A DNA stretch of 64,000 nt, taken from assembly GCA_047967505.1 (NCBI GenBank), contig CM106538.1. One strand, 5' to 3'. Numbering within the stretch: position 1 is the stretch's first letter; each line of letters begins with the position of its first letter. This document shows, one piece after another, positions 25,039-38,300 of the stretch. Both the position numbers and the translations under genes were made by a program. This DNA comes from Dipteris shenzhenensis. Its lineage: Eukaryota. The notes beneath the pieces are model-generated. The model worked only from the letters and a program-made list of their open reading frames with translations. It did no database searches and was not told where the DNA came from.

Positions 25039-27255
25039 TTAACTAGAACCCCATTGTTTGTCTTCATCGTCTTCGACTTGCCTGGTGACCTCCGAGTGTT
25101 TTTGTAAGGTGGTTTTTATGAGGTCTTCATCCCGGGGAGGCAAGAAGCAAGGGCGGGTGTCACTAGGGGCCTGCACCATTGATTCTTCATAGAGAATTCT
25201 CTCTCGAGGGGGTGCTTGGCACAAGAAAGTCTCCGAGCAAAGCTCTGTCATCTTCCCTGGCGATGGCTCAAACCGCAGTAGATTCGCATACTCTCGCAGC
25301 GAGTGCAGCATGTACTCGTACACCCGCTTCATGCTCACTTCCTCCGTGGCAAACCGACTCCCTGCCCTCCCCATCGCTTCTGCCTGTTTGTCAGGCAACA
25401 GAATCGATCAGAACGCAAGTCAACCACCCAAAACTGGCAATCAGATCCTAGAAATCAGATCGAGAAAAGCCAGAACTTCAAAGAAGCAAGCACTCTGCCA
25501 TGGCCTGTCGCTGCTCATCATTCATCTCACCTCGATTTCGTGATTGTTCCCCCAGTCGACGCCAAATTTTATTGAGTCGCATAACTTGTTGGCTCTGACA
25601 GGCCAAAAGTGTTCCTTCGGAACAAGCCCACGTGAGAAAAAATCGAAATACACAGGATTGATCAGAAGAACTGGCGAATCGCAAGCCAGAATATATTTCA
25701 AGCTGACGGACCATCCCCAGCCTTCGACATAGATTTTGTATCTGTCACGCCCAATTCAGACAGGAGATCAGCATAGTGACTCTTGTACTACAGCACCTTA
25801 ATTGCCAATTATCGACAATCTTGATACGGTCATACCTATTCCGGCACTGCTGAGCTAATCGCGAGTTCTTGAAATTATCTTTCGTCTCTGCCCACCAGTT
25901 CTGCAAGCGAACATTATCCAGATTCCAATACAAATTAACCTTTCGCCAATATGGATTTCGCGACCGCACGCAAATAATTACGCTCAATGCTAGCCGTGAC
26001 GCACCTGATGAATAATTTCGGCACCATGCTGTTCTTTGTTGCAGCGTCGAAGCCCTTCACGGATAGCACCACCTGTCTGCGTGTTCCCTTTCCAAAAAGC
26101 AGTGGGAGCCCTTCTTTCCCATAGCATGTCCTTCTCTCCTTTTAAGATGCCACAGAGCTCCCCATCCCAAGGTTTCAAATCAACTTCTGGCCTGAAAAGT
26201 ATAACGTGTAGACAGGATCTGTTAGAATTCGCCTGGGCAAGGCTTTCAAGAACTCGCTCGTCCGGCCATGCTTTAAAACTCGCTTTGCTGAGACTATCGA
26301 CCTTGCTCTGAGTTGAAAAAATCGATCGACTCACCATCCCCAAAACGACCAGTCTGGAAATGGGATGTCGAAATCGTTAACTGTGCTGCAGTAGCGAAAT
26401 ACAGGCGGTGGCGCTTGGCCATTGTAATTTCGTCTAGGGACTTGAGGACGGTCTCCACATCCGAAGAGGAAATCCACGTCTGGCACTAGGCCAGGATAAA
26501 GCTTCAGCAGTTGCAAAAGCCCCCATATTGTGAATACGGACCTGGTTTGGAAACAGGAAGTGTATGGGTCGACGTATAAGCGGCCACTCTTTATCACAAC
26601 ACGGAAAGAGGCGAATGGTTTTCCACTGTCCAATAATTCCCTGGAAATTCCGTCCTTCATCCATGCTGCTAAATCCTCGTAGATCCACCTAAAGTAGAAA
26701 GGACAAACGGTGGGCTCGAAAGGATCGGCAAATTGAGATTGATTTTTCCCTGCCTCCGGAAGCTGGCAGCCAGAGGATGAGCATCGGTTTGGCGAGCGGA
26801 GATCACGAGAGAGTCTCGCCCAGAATTCCGGGTTCGGCCATGGGATCGGAGACGAAGAGCTCTTATCTTGTGCCACAAAGGGGCTCGGCCGCGAATTAGA
26901 GCTAGTATCGTTTCCTTTATACCACTGGATGATGTCGGACTGTAGCCAGATATCGCAAACGCGTTAAGTCCGTCTCGTTTTGGAGTCTAATTTGCAATTA
27001 CGGATCTTGTTCCAATGCCCAGGTGAATCACGGGTGTGTGTGGAAAAGGAAAAGCAACACCAATATGAAAACCGAGCTGTGCAGAAGTAAGGAGGGAACG
27101 TGAACCAAAAGAGAACGCACCTTGTGACGAGTGGCGAGGAAGCCGGAGGCGAGGAGGACGGAGAGGAGGAGGAAGAGGTGGAGGAAGCGAGCGGGGGAGC
27201 GGAAGAGGGAGGAGGAGGGATCACGGAGGGAGACGAAGGACTTGAGAGAGTTCAT
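25039..27255 (-). CDS. Glycosyltransferase family 90 (CAP10 / protein O-glucosyltransferase Rumi-like) protein, 6 exons, 515 aa: complement(join(25039..25383,25531..25741,25836..25900,26005..26191,26335..26939,27121..27255))
   Basis: All five introns are GT-AG and phase-consistent, giving 1548 nt. N-terminal hydrophobic anchor (FLHLFLLLSVLLASGFL). Motifs CPFYFRWIYEDL, FQTRSVFTIWGLLQLL, DIPFPDWSFWGWPEV, AFWKGN, RYKIYVEGWGWSVSLKYILACDS, VYEYMLHSLREYANLLRF. Confidence 0.93.
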
Positions 27256-27594
27256 GGATGGAGGATAAATATTGGAGGAGCAATAGGTGGAGGTGGAGAT
27301 GATGGGTATGGAGATGGAGAAGAGGAGCTATGGCGAGGAGGAGCTCTGGAGAGCTATGGCGAGCAAAAGCTATGGCGAGGGAGGATTGACTGCGGGCGTG
27401 AACGTCGTTGAAATTTTGTCGCCGTCAACTTTTACCCTGAAATTAGGGCTGCCTCCTCCACGACGTTCGTTTTTCATCGAAACGCAACACTCACAAGAAT
27501 CAAGATTTAATACCAACTGCCGTCTCTCGATTTTCTCAACTTGGGTCTCGGGATTTGCTTCGTGTCATCGTGAGAGAGTCACTCCTTGAGTATG

Positions 27595-27680
27595 TGTGTG
27601 TGTGTGAGAGTTAGTGAGTGTATGTGAGTATTTAAGTTAAAACAAATTGTGTGGGGACACGCACGCGCGTGTGTGTGTGT

Positions 27681-27711
<31 letters not shown>

Positions 27712-27766
27712 TTTTCAACAACAAAAAAAGTGTGTGTGTGTGTGTGTGTGTGTGAGAGTGTGTGTG
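27595..27766. repeat. Compound (GT)n/(GA)n microsatellites upstream of the GT90 gene
   Basis: Directly visible dinucleotide runs. Confidence 0.9.
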
Positions 27767-27770
27767 TTTC

Positions 27771-28015
27771 GGGGGTTCACCTAAAAAAATTTAGTTTACC
27801 ACATGCATTCAAAAGGAGGGATATTTCTAAATTTTTGAAAAAATTTAACAGAATTACAATAACAAGAGGGGTTTTTTAATTCAAATTTTTTAAAAACTCA
27901 CTTAGTTCATAAGTAAAGAGGGGTGTTTTAATTGTGGGTGAAATTTTGGTTGAGGGGTTTTTTTAGTACCCTTTGAATGCGCGTGATACGTAGGGTTTCT
28001 TAGTAGTGCACCCCC
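27771..28015 (+). mobile_element. About 250-bp dispersed MITE-like repeat, copy B
   Basis: Termini GGGGGTTCAC ... GTGCACCCCC (inverted). Internal blocks ttacaataaca.gaggggtt and aagtaaagagg shared with copy A. Confidence 0.8.
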
Positions 28016-29069
28016 TGAAGAGAGTTTTCAAAAAAATTGACACACGTAATTGCTTTTGCTATGGTAAATTTGGTCCGATAGAACGATTTTGTATTAAGGA
28101 GCAAAAAGACGAGGTAGCAAAGAAAAGAGTGAGATAAATGCTTGTGTGAATCGACTTCAAATGCTGAAGTTGTTGGACTTGCAGATTGGGCATTTTAGAG
28201 CATGGACACAGTTACAGAATTGCTCTAGCTTTTAGTAAGCGTGCAATTGTTTCAGATGATCTTGCTCTCAGTGGATAGGTTATGTTTTGGTGCTCAGGTC
28301 GTGTGGCTCAAGTTTCTTCATGATGGATGAGATTGTCTCTTTGGATTTTTTGTTGGCTCCCCCATTCAGTCTTAGGGGGGAATTCTTGGTCATTTCCACT
28401 CCTAGGGTTATTTTTTTCCTCTAGGAAAGGCTTCAAAGGGGTGGAAAACCCTCAATCAGATTGGTGGCTTGACATTGAAATTGTACTTTGATTGGGTCTT
28501 ATATGTGGAGGTTTGGTCCACGTGATTGGCTTGTTGAGCGATTGACCAACGCATAAGTAACACTTGGCATTTGCACGGGGAAGCTCTAACGAGTTATACA
28601 TGGCAATGTGGCTCCACTGCATGGGAGAGTGAGGTGGCAACTAGAGATTTCTACAAAAGGTGCACGACCATGTGGAATCCTCTCTCTTCCCCGCCGCGAC
28701 CCTATGTAGTAGCGTTGATGAGAGTTGGCTGTAGATGTATTTCTTTCTAGTTGTGTCTATTTGGCAGCAGCTGCTAGTAGATAAGAGTCATCTTTCATGT
28801 CCATAGGGTCCATAGGAGAGTCGAATCTTCTTTGTAACCAGCAACAAGGCCTCTATGCATGAGCTCAATAGTGTGTCAAGGCCTCCTTCCTTGAGTCACA
28901 TTTTCCATGAAATATATTGTTCATTTTAGGTCACAATACTTTCCTCTATTATGCATGATCATTTGATTTACATGTGATATGAATAGCTTGAACCCCGGGT
29001 TGCAGTAATAGATATTGCATGTGATAGATTTTGTGGAATCACCTCAGGTTATAGCATAACTTGAGCAAA

Positions 29070-29269
29070 TGAGAGAGAGAGAGAGAGTGTGTGTGTGTGT
29101 GTGGTGTGGACCATGCTAATTGTTAGATACTACTGACTAGGGCTTTAAAAAACCAAAATCTTCAAAATAGGCATTTTCTCCTTTTAAAAGAGAAACCTTA
29201 AAAAAGTAGCCCAAAAATTGTGATGTGTAGATGCACATGAACGTGCACACGAACACACACACACACACA

Positions 29270-29326
<57 letters not shown>
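29070..29326. repeat. (GA)n, (GT)n and (CA)n microsatellites
   Basis: Long perfect GA run at about 29273-29325 and GA/GT runs at 29071-29103. Confidence 0.95.
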
Positions 29327-31300
29327 AACTAGTAAAAATTTGAACAACAAATGAAACATTGGGGAAACGCTTGAAAAATCACATTTTAATTAAAAAAACT
29401 GTGTAGAATGGGATAGGGACAACAAAGGAATTCTGATTGAGACACACCTCAAATATACTATAAATGGTTTGCAAAGCATGTGCCAATAGTTGAGAGGACA
29501 TTGAAGGCCTTTGCAAAGCCTAAGAATAAAGACAAAAATAGAATCTTTAAATTTTTTTAAAGACTAAACTAATTTATCATTTATGTACCAAACAAAATAA
29601 AGACAAGAGACTTGCTTAGGTTTCTACAAATGCCGCATGATATTTAGGGCCTAGCATCATGTTTATAAATAAAGACAAGACTTGTTAAGATTGGATTTGG
29701 TTAGAATCAATCATGATTATGGAATAAATTTGGTTCCCATGAACTAATTTTTTAAATCTCACATGGAATCTTAGGGTTCGTTGAGGATGAAACATGCAAC
29801 TAGCTAGAAATTTATAGGGTGACCTACTCTACAAGATAAGAGAAGGCTAGAATGCATGAATCAATGTGTGTGTATGTGCGCACGCGCACGTACACAGATG
29901 CACGTACGCGTGTGCATCCACGCACCTGCGTGTGTGCACGAGCGCAAGTGATTTGGCACCCCAAGGCACACACGCGTGTGTGGATGCAGGCACACGCATG
30001 CACTAGTGTGTGCACATATGTGTTCATACATTCATGTCTCATGTTGTGCATGCATGTGTACTGTGTGTGTGGGGGGGGGGGGGGGGTATCAAGGCAATGT
30101 CCATGACCAATTGTGCTCTCTTTAGTGTGTAGGTATAGTTACATTGGTTCTCTCAAAAATGAGGTTGATCTCATCATATTGTAAAGACACTTTTAAGGTA
30201 AGTACTTATCTATATGTGTAACTCTAAGACATATTGAAATTCAATATGAAGCCAACCACGAATTGTGTACAGTTCCATATTACACAACAAAATGTAGTGT
30301 CCATGAGCCAATATGCTCTCTTTTGTTTGTAGCTATAGGAATAAAGCATGGTCAATGTAGCCATTTTTTGTGAGGTTCAAGGAATATATTACATATGGTA
30401 ACTTGCTCATGAACCGTAACTTATGTGTTGCTCATGGAATTCGACAAACTAATGTAGATGTTTCTAAACTTGAATATGACACCAAAATATTATGACATTT
30501 TCTTCTCACTGGTGAAATCATTAAGCCATTGCCAATGCTAAATTTTGCATGTGAGATGTGTATCCTACACTTATTCAAAGTTATTCTAAACATAGATGCA
30601 AGTTAAAAAGCGCATTACTTGAGCTTCCCACAACCAAAAGGAGACAACCAGTTGACAATATTTGATATGTTTTGAGCAGTGTGAAACACGTGTGAAATGT
30701 TGCACTAGAATTGCAATGCACACATTCAAGGGAATCCTCCATAATTTTTTCTTGTTTTGTTTTCAATTAGAAAGATTTGAAAATTTGGACTCCACACTTA
30801 TGTCCACCTACTACATGGTGGTGTTAAGCCATTGATGTTCTGAAGATATTTGTAGCTTGATTCACTTGAAATAGATATAATGGAACTTATTAAATTTATA
30901 CATGTGCAATGCTCTTTGAATAAATCCAATATTATTTGTCATTTTGCAATGCTTCCTTTTCCATGCACTTCCTTGCAATGGCAAACATAGGATATGTCAA
31001 AGAGGTTTTCACTTCTTAATCCATAGCATCAAAACTGCTAGCTTGCCTCTTGGCCGGTTTTTCTTTTTCATATTTTAAGCCTCAAGTTGTTTGGACTCGT
31101 CATTGACAAGTCTAGTTTGAATACATGGGTGGGCAAATGAGCTAAACCATGATCATATTGGTTCTATCCAAAAATTCACATCTCCATAGTTGGATTTCAA
31201 AACATCACATGTGTCTCCTACTCTGGCAAATCCCCAAGAAAATCCCAAGTGATCCATTTTGAAAGTCCGTGTTTACCTTCTTCCCCTAGTCTTGGTCTCA

Positions 31301-31565
31301 AGGAAGTGCATTGCCAAGAAACCTATGTACCATGTGTTCAAGGGGTATTTATAAAATGCCTCAACTAGGTTTCCCCCTCCAAGAAACCTCCCCCCCCCCT
31401 TTACTTATGATCTAACATTATTTTTTCCTAAAGTTGAATTAAAAAACCCCTACTCTTATTCTAGTATTAGTAATTGTTTTCCTAAAGTTGAATCAAAATA
31501 GCCGAGAAATAGCCCTCCTTTTGAATGCATGTGGTACTGTAAAATTTTGTGATGTGAATTCTCTG
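31301..31565 (-). mobile_element. About 250-bp dispersed MITE-like repeat, copy C (inverted, more diverged)
   Basis: aagtgcattgccaagaaacctatgtaccatgtgttcaaggggta...ccctccttttgaatgcatgtggta...aaaatttt matches the reverse complement of copies A/B. Confidence 0.7.
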
Positions 31566-32489
31566 AGGCCTTGGGGAATTCTATTTCTTTTTCACTTTGG
31601 TAGAGTCCCAAACGTATTACCAACAACTACACTGGTTCTTTTTAAATGTCCTTCTCCTCATACCCCTTAAGTTCCATGATCCCATTGCTTTGCCGCCCTA
31701 GCATGCACCTTGATTTAGTATTGCTTTTTGCTCTATGCTCTTTCTCTCCCACGATATACACTCTTAGTTGAAATGGGTGCATTCATGAGGTCTGACTTGG
31801 TTGTTTATTTAGGCAAATCATCATCTTCAATTACCTGGTCTCTTGTAAAGCTACAATGCACACCCATTTGAGGGCACGCTCTTTTTTGGGATTTGTTGGA
31901 AACCAAAACAGATTGAAATTTGGAATCCAAACTAGTGGGACTACTGAATGGTTGTCTTAAAACATTGATAGTTGTTGGTATTGGTATCTAGATTCACCCT
32001 AAAATGGAAGAAGTTGAAAATGCGCAATTTGTGCATATGGAAAGATCTTTTAATAAATCCAACACTATTTACAATTTTGAATTGTTTCTTTTTCCATGCA
32101 CTTGCTTCCTATATGGCTCATAATCATGCCAAAGGTCATTGCATTTCATAATACACAGCATAAAAAACGATACCGTGCCCTTTGGCCTATTTATGTTTTG
32201 AAGCATTGCCACATTGCACTTGTTTGGGATATCCAATTTTGATGACCTGTATTGTGTCGGAGGGGGAAAAACCGAAGGCTGAAAATTTTGCTACTCCCAC
32301 AAATTTTGAATTTTCACACCACCCACCCATCAAATCTTGGAAGATTAAGTATTGCAACCTATCTCCGCCCTACAAACGCCCTAAAACCCGCATGCACCTC
32401 GATGTGACCTTGCGCAGATTTTGGTTTGGCATTATCTTCTTTCAAGTAAGTTTTCTTCTATTCTTTTCTTGCCTCACCAACTAGCTTCT

Positions 32490-34612
32490 ATGGGTATATT
32501 CTGGACTGATCATGGTCATGGCGTCAATCGCATGATGCAGCTCGCCATGGCTTGCAAGAGAAGTAGGCAGAGGCTGCGGACAGGAAAGCTAAAAAGCCTG
32601 GTCAAGGTACAAGGAACAAATTGCGGGTCGAGGAAAGCAATGGCACAGTATCAAAACGGCAACAGAAGACACTTTTGCAACATCTAGAAAGGGAGAAACA
32701 ATGAGAAGAAAGAAGACTCCTTACAGAGAAGCAATAGGAAGTGGTATGCATTCAATCATTGCCATTGAAGCGAAGAACACGAGCTATGGTATCACGATTG
32801 GTGGGAGCATTTGAGGCAGCAACTTCAGGTGAATACCAGTCTCACGTCTTCACAAGCTTTAGCCTGAACCCTAAAGTTCATAGAGTAACAACCCTACCAA
32901 TACCTCAGGAGATACATGCCCAAGAGGCGATGCTCTCTAACCTGAGAAATGGCCTACAGAAAGTAAAAGTAGCTTAGATCAACTAGCTGCAATGAGGGCG
33001 AGTTAGCTATATTGGTATCCCTTGAAACAAAGGAGAAACGGCTTGGATGCACAGTGTCAAAGATGTTGTCAATATGAAGGACCAACGTGGCTCTAGTGGC
33101 GATCGGTTGACCGTAGAGCAGAAGCAATGCACAATCATCCCAATCCAAGAAGTCTATGGGCTTTAACCGAACGCCAAAAAAGGAGAGACAGCCTAAGTGT
33201 AGAATTCATTGCTAAAGTAGCAACGTTTTGGCACAAAAATAGAGAGTTTCCAAATACAAAGGACATCTATAAAAAGCGGATGGGATGCAAGGTGTTTGAG
33301 GAGCACATCATACACATCCTTTTGATACAACATAGGTTAGTGGTGCCTAAACCAACCTAGTGGTTTTTTGTGAGCTTTGGGATACTTTACTTGTTTCATT
33401 TCTTGAACTAGGCTTGGACTAATGTGATTGTCCTAAACCAGCCCGGTGATTTGAACATTATGCAACTGTATGCCTACTATAGGCTAGTTCAGCTGAATCG
33501 CCAGTTATGTGATTGTCTTGAACCAGCATGGTTGAACAAACATGCTAAATGTGTCTTGAAAATTGTAACATTCCTAAACCAGCACGATGGTTGAAAATTA
33601 TTTTGCTTCATTATATACTTTAATTAGACTATGTTTTGTCTTGTTTTAGTAGTGCAAAAGGGGGGCTCACTATAATGTTTTTCCATTTAAAAGAGGGCTC
33701 ATTGTTCTATTGTTCCTGCATGTTAGGTCAGTAGACTGAGTTGTATCTCAAGTTTATGGATCCGAATCATGACATTTCAATTGGGCAGAGGACCTTTGAG
33801 CATTGTAACCGTGGTACGTCAGGAAACCCAAAGACAAGAATGTTTGTTGTTGCAAAACACACATAGACTTTGACCTAGCCCGGCAAGCTATGAATGACTT
33901 GAGATTTGGTCATGTTGGAGCATTGCTCCATAGGGATCGATGCCCATGTCTACCTGATGAATGCGCAGTCTCTAGGCCACTTGTATCATCATCATGTATT
34001 ACAAGGGAGAGCAGGTTTTGTAGTGTAAGGTCTCTGTAGGAGCCAATGGTTTGTCCAAAGGGAGACTGTGAGTGGCACCGTATCGAATGCATTCATGGCA
34101 CATGCAAGCATTGCAGTTTGAAGTTGAAGAACAAGACATTTCATGCCTGTCCAAATGAAATGAGGGAAGACAACCATGTTTATCTAAAATGGAGGAGATT
34201 TGAAAATGTCAATGTTGAAGGATCCAATAAAAAGAGATGGCTACTATCATATAAGAGCACTCAGCCAAGGGAGCTTATAGATCATGTGGTTCAATCCATC
34301 CCAAAATATGTGCTTCACAATTTTATGGCTAGCTAGCAGGATAAGCAATTCAAGACATGCCTTGCCAATTTTCCCCATGACACTATTTTCTAGAGCTGTC
34401 ATATATTTTTCTGAAAATTATTCATTTCAAGAACAAGATGAGATAAAAAGTGTTCACTGGTACAACAAGCAAATAACAATTCTTGTGCATATCACATGAA
34501 GTCATTTACTTGATTCTTCTATGACTGATGCCAATTTGCTTGTTGACTCACAAGAGTTCAGGTTAGTGCAACACACAGACCATTTCTACATTTTAGATTA
34601 TAGGGAACATGA
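32490..34612 (+). pseudogene. Sola2-like DNA transposase relic, 3'-truncated
   Basis: Motifs TELYLKF..ISIGQRTFE, VCCCKTHIDF, CIHGTCKHC, WRRFE, VLHNFMA, (D/Y)FSENYSFQEQDEIKSVHWYNKQITILVH, HFYILDYREHD. Probable intron about 33335-33727. Downstream catalytic aspartates are missing. Confidence 0.65.
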
Positions 34613-35314
34613 CAGGATATGCATCCGATTTAACTATTGCAGCCATCAATACCACAATCTTGATCAGTATATGATGAAGTTGCTCCTTGATTCCTTCCTC
34701 CCTCATCCTAAAGCTGCAGATGTTCTCCTTCATCTCCTCCACTCTTTGCTCATTCCGTTCAACAGCTTCATCTGAATCCCTCAGCATCTATTGAAGCTAC
34801 TTAAATTGCTCAAAAACATCAACATGGGCCATTTCCAAGACTTCAACTCTAGCTTAGAAATCTCTCATGACGGCGGGCTTCTTTTCAAAACTGTCGAAAG
34901 CCACTACAAGCTCATGCACAACCCTATCGTTATCTTGTTGCAAGGTCTTGTAGCTTACTCTTTGAACTTCCAACAATGTTTCAAAAAAACAACCCCCACC
35001 ATGGCTGCTCCTAGTTGCTCCACCGTGGTTGCTCTCTGCATCCTTTAGAGAGGTGCCTCATTGTCTTCTCCACCCCGGTTGGTCTTTGCCCTATCTATTC
35101 TAGCCTTGAAGCTCTCTCGTAGATCCTACATCACCACTGTGGTTTCTGCATTCTCCCTTTTCAGCTCCTCCATCATCAGGTCTTTTTCAATGTTTAATGT
35201 GTTCCGCATGTTGCAGAGCCATTTGTAAATACCCTCCTTTTCAGCTCTTTGATCTTCAAGCTCCTTTCGCATCATCTCTAGCTCCTTGTCTATGTTGTCC
35301 CCATGACTTATAAC

Positions 35315-38300
35315 TGTGGGGGTTAAAGGTCACTGTGCCTTTACCCCAGTTATGTACAATACTCAAACACATATATAAATGAATGAAAAAGAAGATTAGG
35401 GTGGTTCTGCACCCACCAAAACTTGTGTGGCTCTCTGTTTCTCTCTCTCCTTCTTCCGTTCTTGCTTTCGTTGAGAGCACTCTCAACTGGTATCAGAGCC
35501 TGGGTGATCTAGCTGAGCGTGCGTGAATGCTTGAAGCTCAGCAGCTCTGTGGGAGGAAGGAGAAGCTCTGTGGGAAGCTTTGTGGGTGACTTTACTTGCA
35601 TCCGAGTGTGTAGAGACCTTGAGGGAACCTTTGGAAAAGTCACTTTGGTTTTGCGAAGTGGTTTTGAGAGCCTGTTAAGTGTTTTCAAAGAAAAAGTCGT
35701 TTTTTGAGCTTTTCCCTGTTCTGTTCGATGACAGAGACTCCGTATTGACTTGTAGAGGCAACTATTGCTTGCTTTTGGTGTCCACTCCACTTCAGGAGCT
35801 TGGAAACACCTTCATTCTTGAATTTGGGATCATTTCATCGGATTTCTGACTCACTGTGTCAGTTTCTGCGTTTTTTGCCTGGGTGTTGGAACTCAAGTTT
35901 GGAGCAACCATTTGCAGATCTGTCAGTTCCGGTGGACTCAGAAGATCCTAAAACTTCTATGTTGCTCATCATTCGCACTCCGGTGGAGTATACAAACAGC
36001 TCTGTTTCCAAAAACGTTTTTCAGTCCGTGTTTTGGACCTAGTGATTGAGACCATAGTTTCCAAAACCGTCTGTCCCATTGCGTTTCGAACGCCCAAAAA
36101 CCCCTACCTGTCAGTTCTTGCATGATTTGGTGGAGGATTTTCAGAGTTATAGATCTCTGTGTATTCAATTTCGTCTCTCTGTTATGCATTTTTCATTCTA
36201 AGGTTTTGAAACCTTAGATTTATGCCACATGGCAGTGGATAAGTGTTGACTCCCATTTCTCACTCATCGGTTGGGATTTTGGAGTTCTGGCAGAAGAGAG
36301 ATATTTGCAGATTTTCTTGCTGATTCTGATTATGCAATGGCGCCCATGTTTTGAGGCATCTCAGGTTCTATTTTCAGTAGCAGTTATTACTGTGGGACTA
36401 TGATTTCTTGAGCATACCTTATGCAGATCACTCTGGTTGCAGTTTGAGCAGTGTACACTCATTCGTGGTATGCATTGGGTTGTAGTGGATGATTTATAGG
36501 CCATTTGGATGCATTACGGTCCTTATTGGATACGCTGATAGGCCCAAATTGCCTTGTGGGATGCTATTTTTATGGACGCTTTGCACATGGATGCTATTTT
36601 ATGCACATGGCTCAGGGACAGCTTTGACACATTGCAGGTGATGCACTGATAGTGCTATCTCTTGGATGATATATTATTGATGCATATGCCAGTGGATGGT
36701 GTTTATGCTTGAGTCATTTGGCACTTATTGGCATTTTCTTTTGGGCCAGATTTGCTCATATGGATGCATAGTATATGCACATGAGTCAGATGCATCTTTT
36801 GATGCTTTGAGCTTTGAGTTTTGGTGATATTTCAGTCTATTGTGGCATACACATTTGGGTGCACCTGGTATTTGGTGTGATTCTCTCTTGCAGGACTAGC
36901 ATTTCGGATCTCTTTCGGATTTTGTTTCATTTGCATCATGGCATCCTCTTCCATGTCTGAAAAGGAGTTTTTCAGCATTAAAAAGTTTGATGGGACAAAA
37001 TTTTCTTTGTGGAAAGAACAAATAAGGGATGTGCTTATTCAAAAGAAGCAGATTAAACCCTTGGCAGGGATTGAAGCTAAGCCTGTAAATATGTCTGAGG
37101 ATGATTGGAATGAGTTGGATGCATTAGCAGAGTCTACTATTAGACTTCATCTTGCAGAGTCAGTTTATTTCACAGTACTAAATGAGCAAACTACGGAAGA
37201 TTTGTGGAAGAAACTGTGTGCCACTTATCAGAAGGAAACTGCCTCTAATAAAGTTTACCTCATGAAGAGATTGTTTGAGCTGCAGATGAAGGAAGGGGTC
37301 TCCATTGCTTCTCACTTGAATGAATTCAATATTATTTTCAGCCAGCTTTAGGCTCAGAAAATGAATTTTAATGCGGAGACTAAGGCAATATTTCTCTTAT
37401 GTTCATTGCCATCCTCATGGGATACCTTCCGTACAGCTGTCAGTAACTTTGCACCTGGTGGAGTATTGAAATTTGATGATGTTGTGAGTAGCTTGTTGGC
37501 CGAGGAGATTAGACGGAAGTCTATGGATGGCAACAAGTAGGATGCAGCCTTAAATGTGCAAAGGGGCAGATCGCAGTTCAGGGGGAAGTCCCAAGAAAGA
37601 GGGAAGTCACGTAGCAAATCCAGGGCACAGAACATTGAGTGTTACCATTGTGGCAAGAAGGGCCATATGAAAAAGGATTGCTACAAGCTGAAAAGAGAGC
37701 AAAAGGATAAGAAAAAGAATGCAAATTGGTGTGCAAATCAAAAGGAAGAGAGTCCAAGGGAGGGCAAAGGAAAAGTGAAGATCGAGGAGATCAATGCAGT
37801 CACACATGATAGTGACAATGACGTTCTCTTCATGTCTAGTTTATCTGTAGAGTTGCTTACCACTTTAGATGATGCATTTTCCCAGGATTGGATTTTGGAT
37901 TTTGGTGCTTCATTCCATGTTACTCCCCATAGGTAATGGTTCTCCACTTATGACAGTGGAAAGACAGGTTGTGTGCATCTTGGAAATGACTATGCATGTG
38001 ACATAGTGGGAGCAGGTGACATAAAGTTTTCTTTTGCAAATGGGTCTGCATTTGTTTTGAAACATGTGACACATGTGCCTAAGCTGACCAAGAGTCTTAT
38101 TTCAGTGGGTCAGCTAGATGATGCTGGTTTTCACACCACTTTTGGCTTTCAGAGTTGGAAAATTCAGAAGGGCTCTATGCTTTTGGCTAGGGGTACCAAG
38201 TGTGGGACTTTGTATCCCTTACATGTATCAGGGGTATTTGATCATGTTGTTGCAATAACCGAGCAGCCAAGCACTTCTTTGTGGCATTGCAGGTTGGGGC

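Noticed and set aside
28130-29030. Trp-rich degenerate sequence resembling an L1 ORF2 C-terminus
   Set aside because: No continuous frame or diagnostic motif; cannot be supported without a search
29865-30070. ORFs 29824..30051 and 29852..30106 / Z-DNA-like alternating purine-pyrimidine tract
   Set aside because: Degenerate (GT/GC/AC)n microsatellite; the ORFs are low-complexity artefacts
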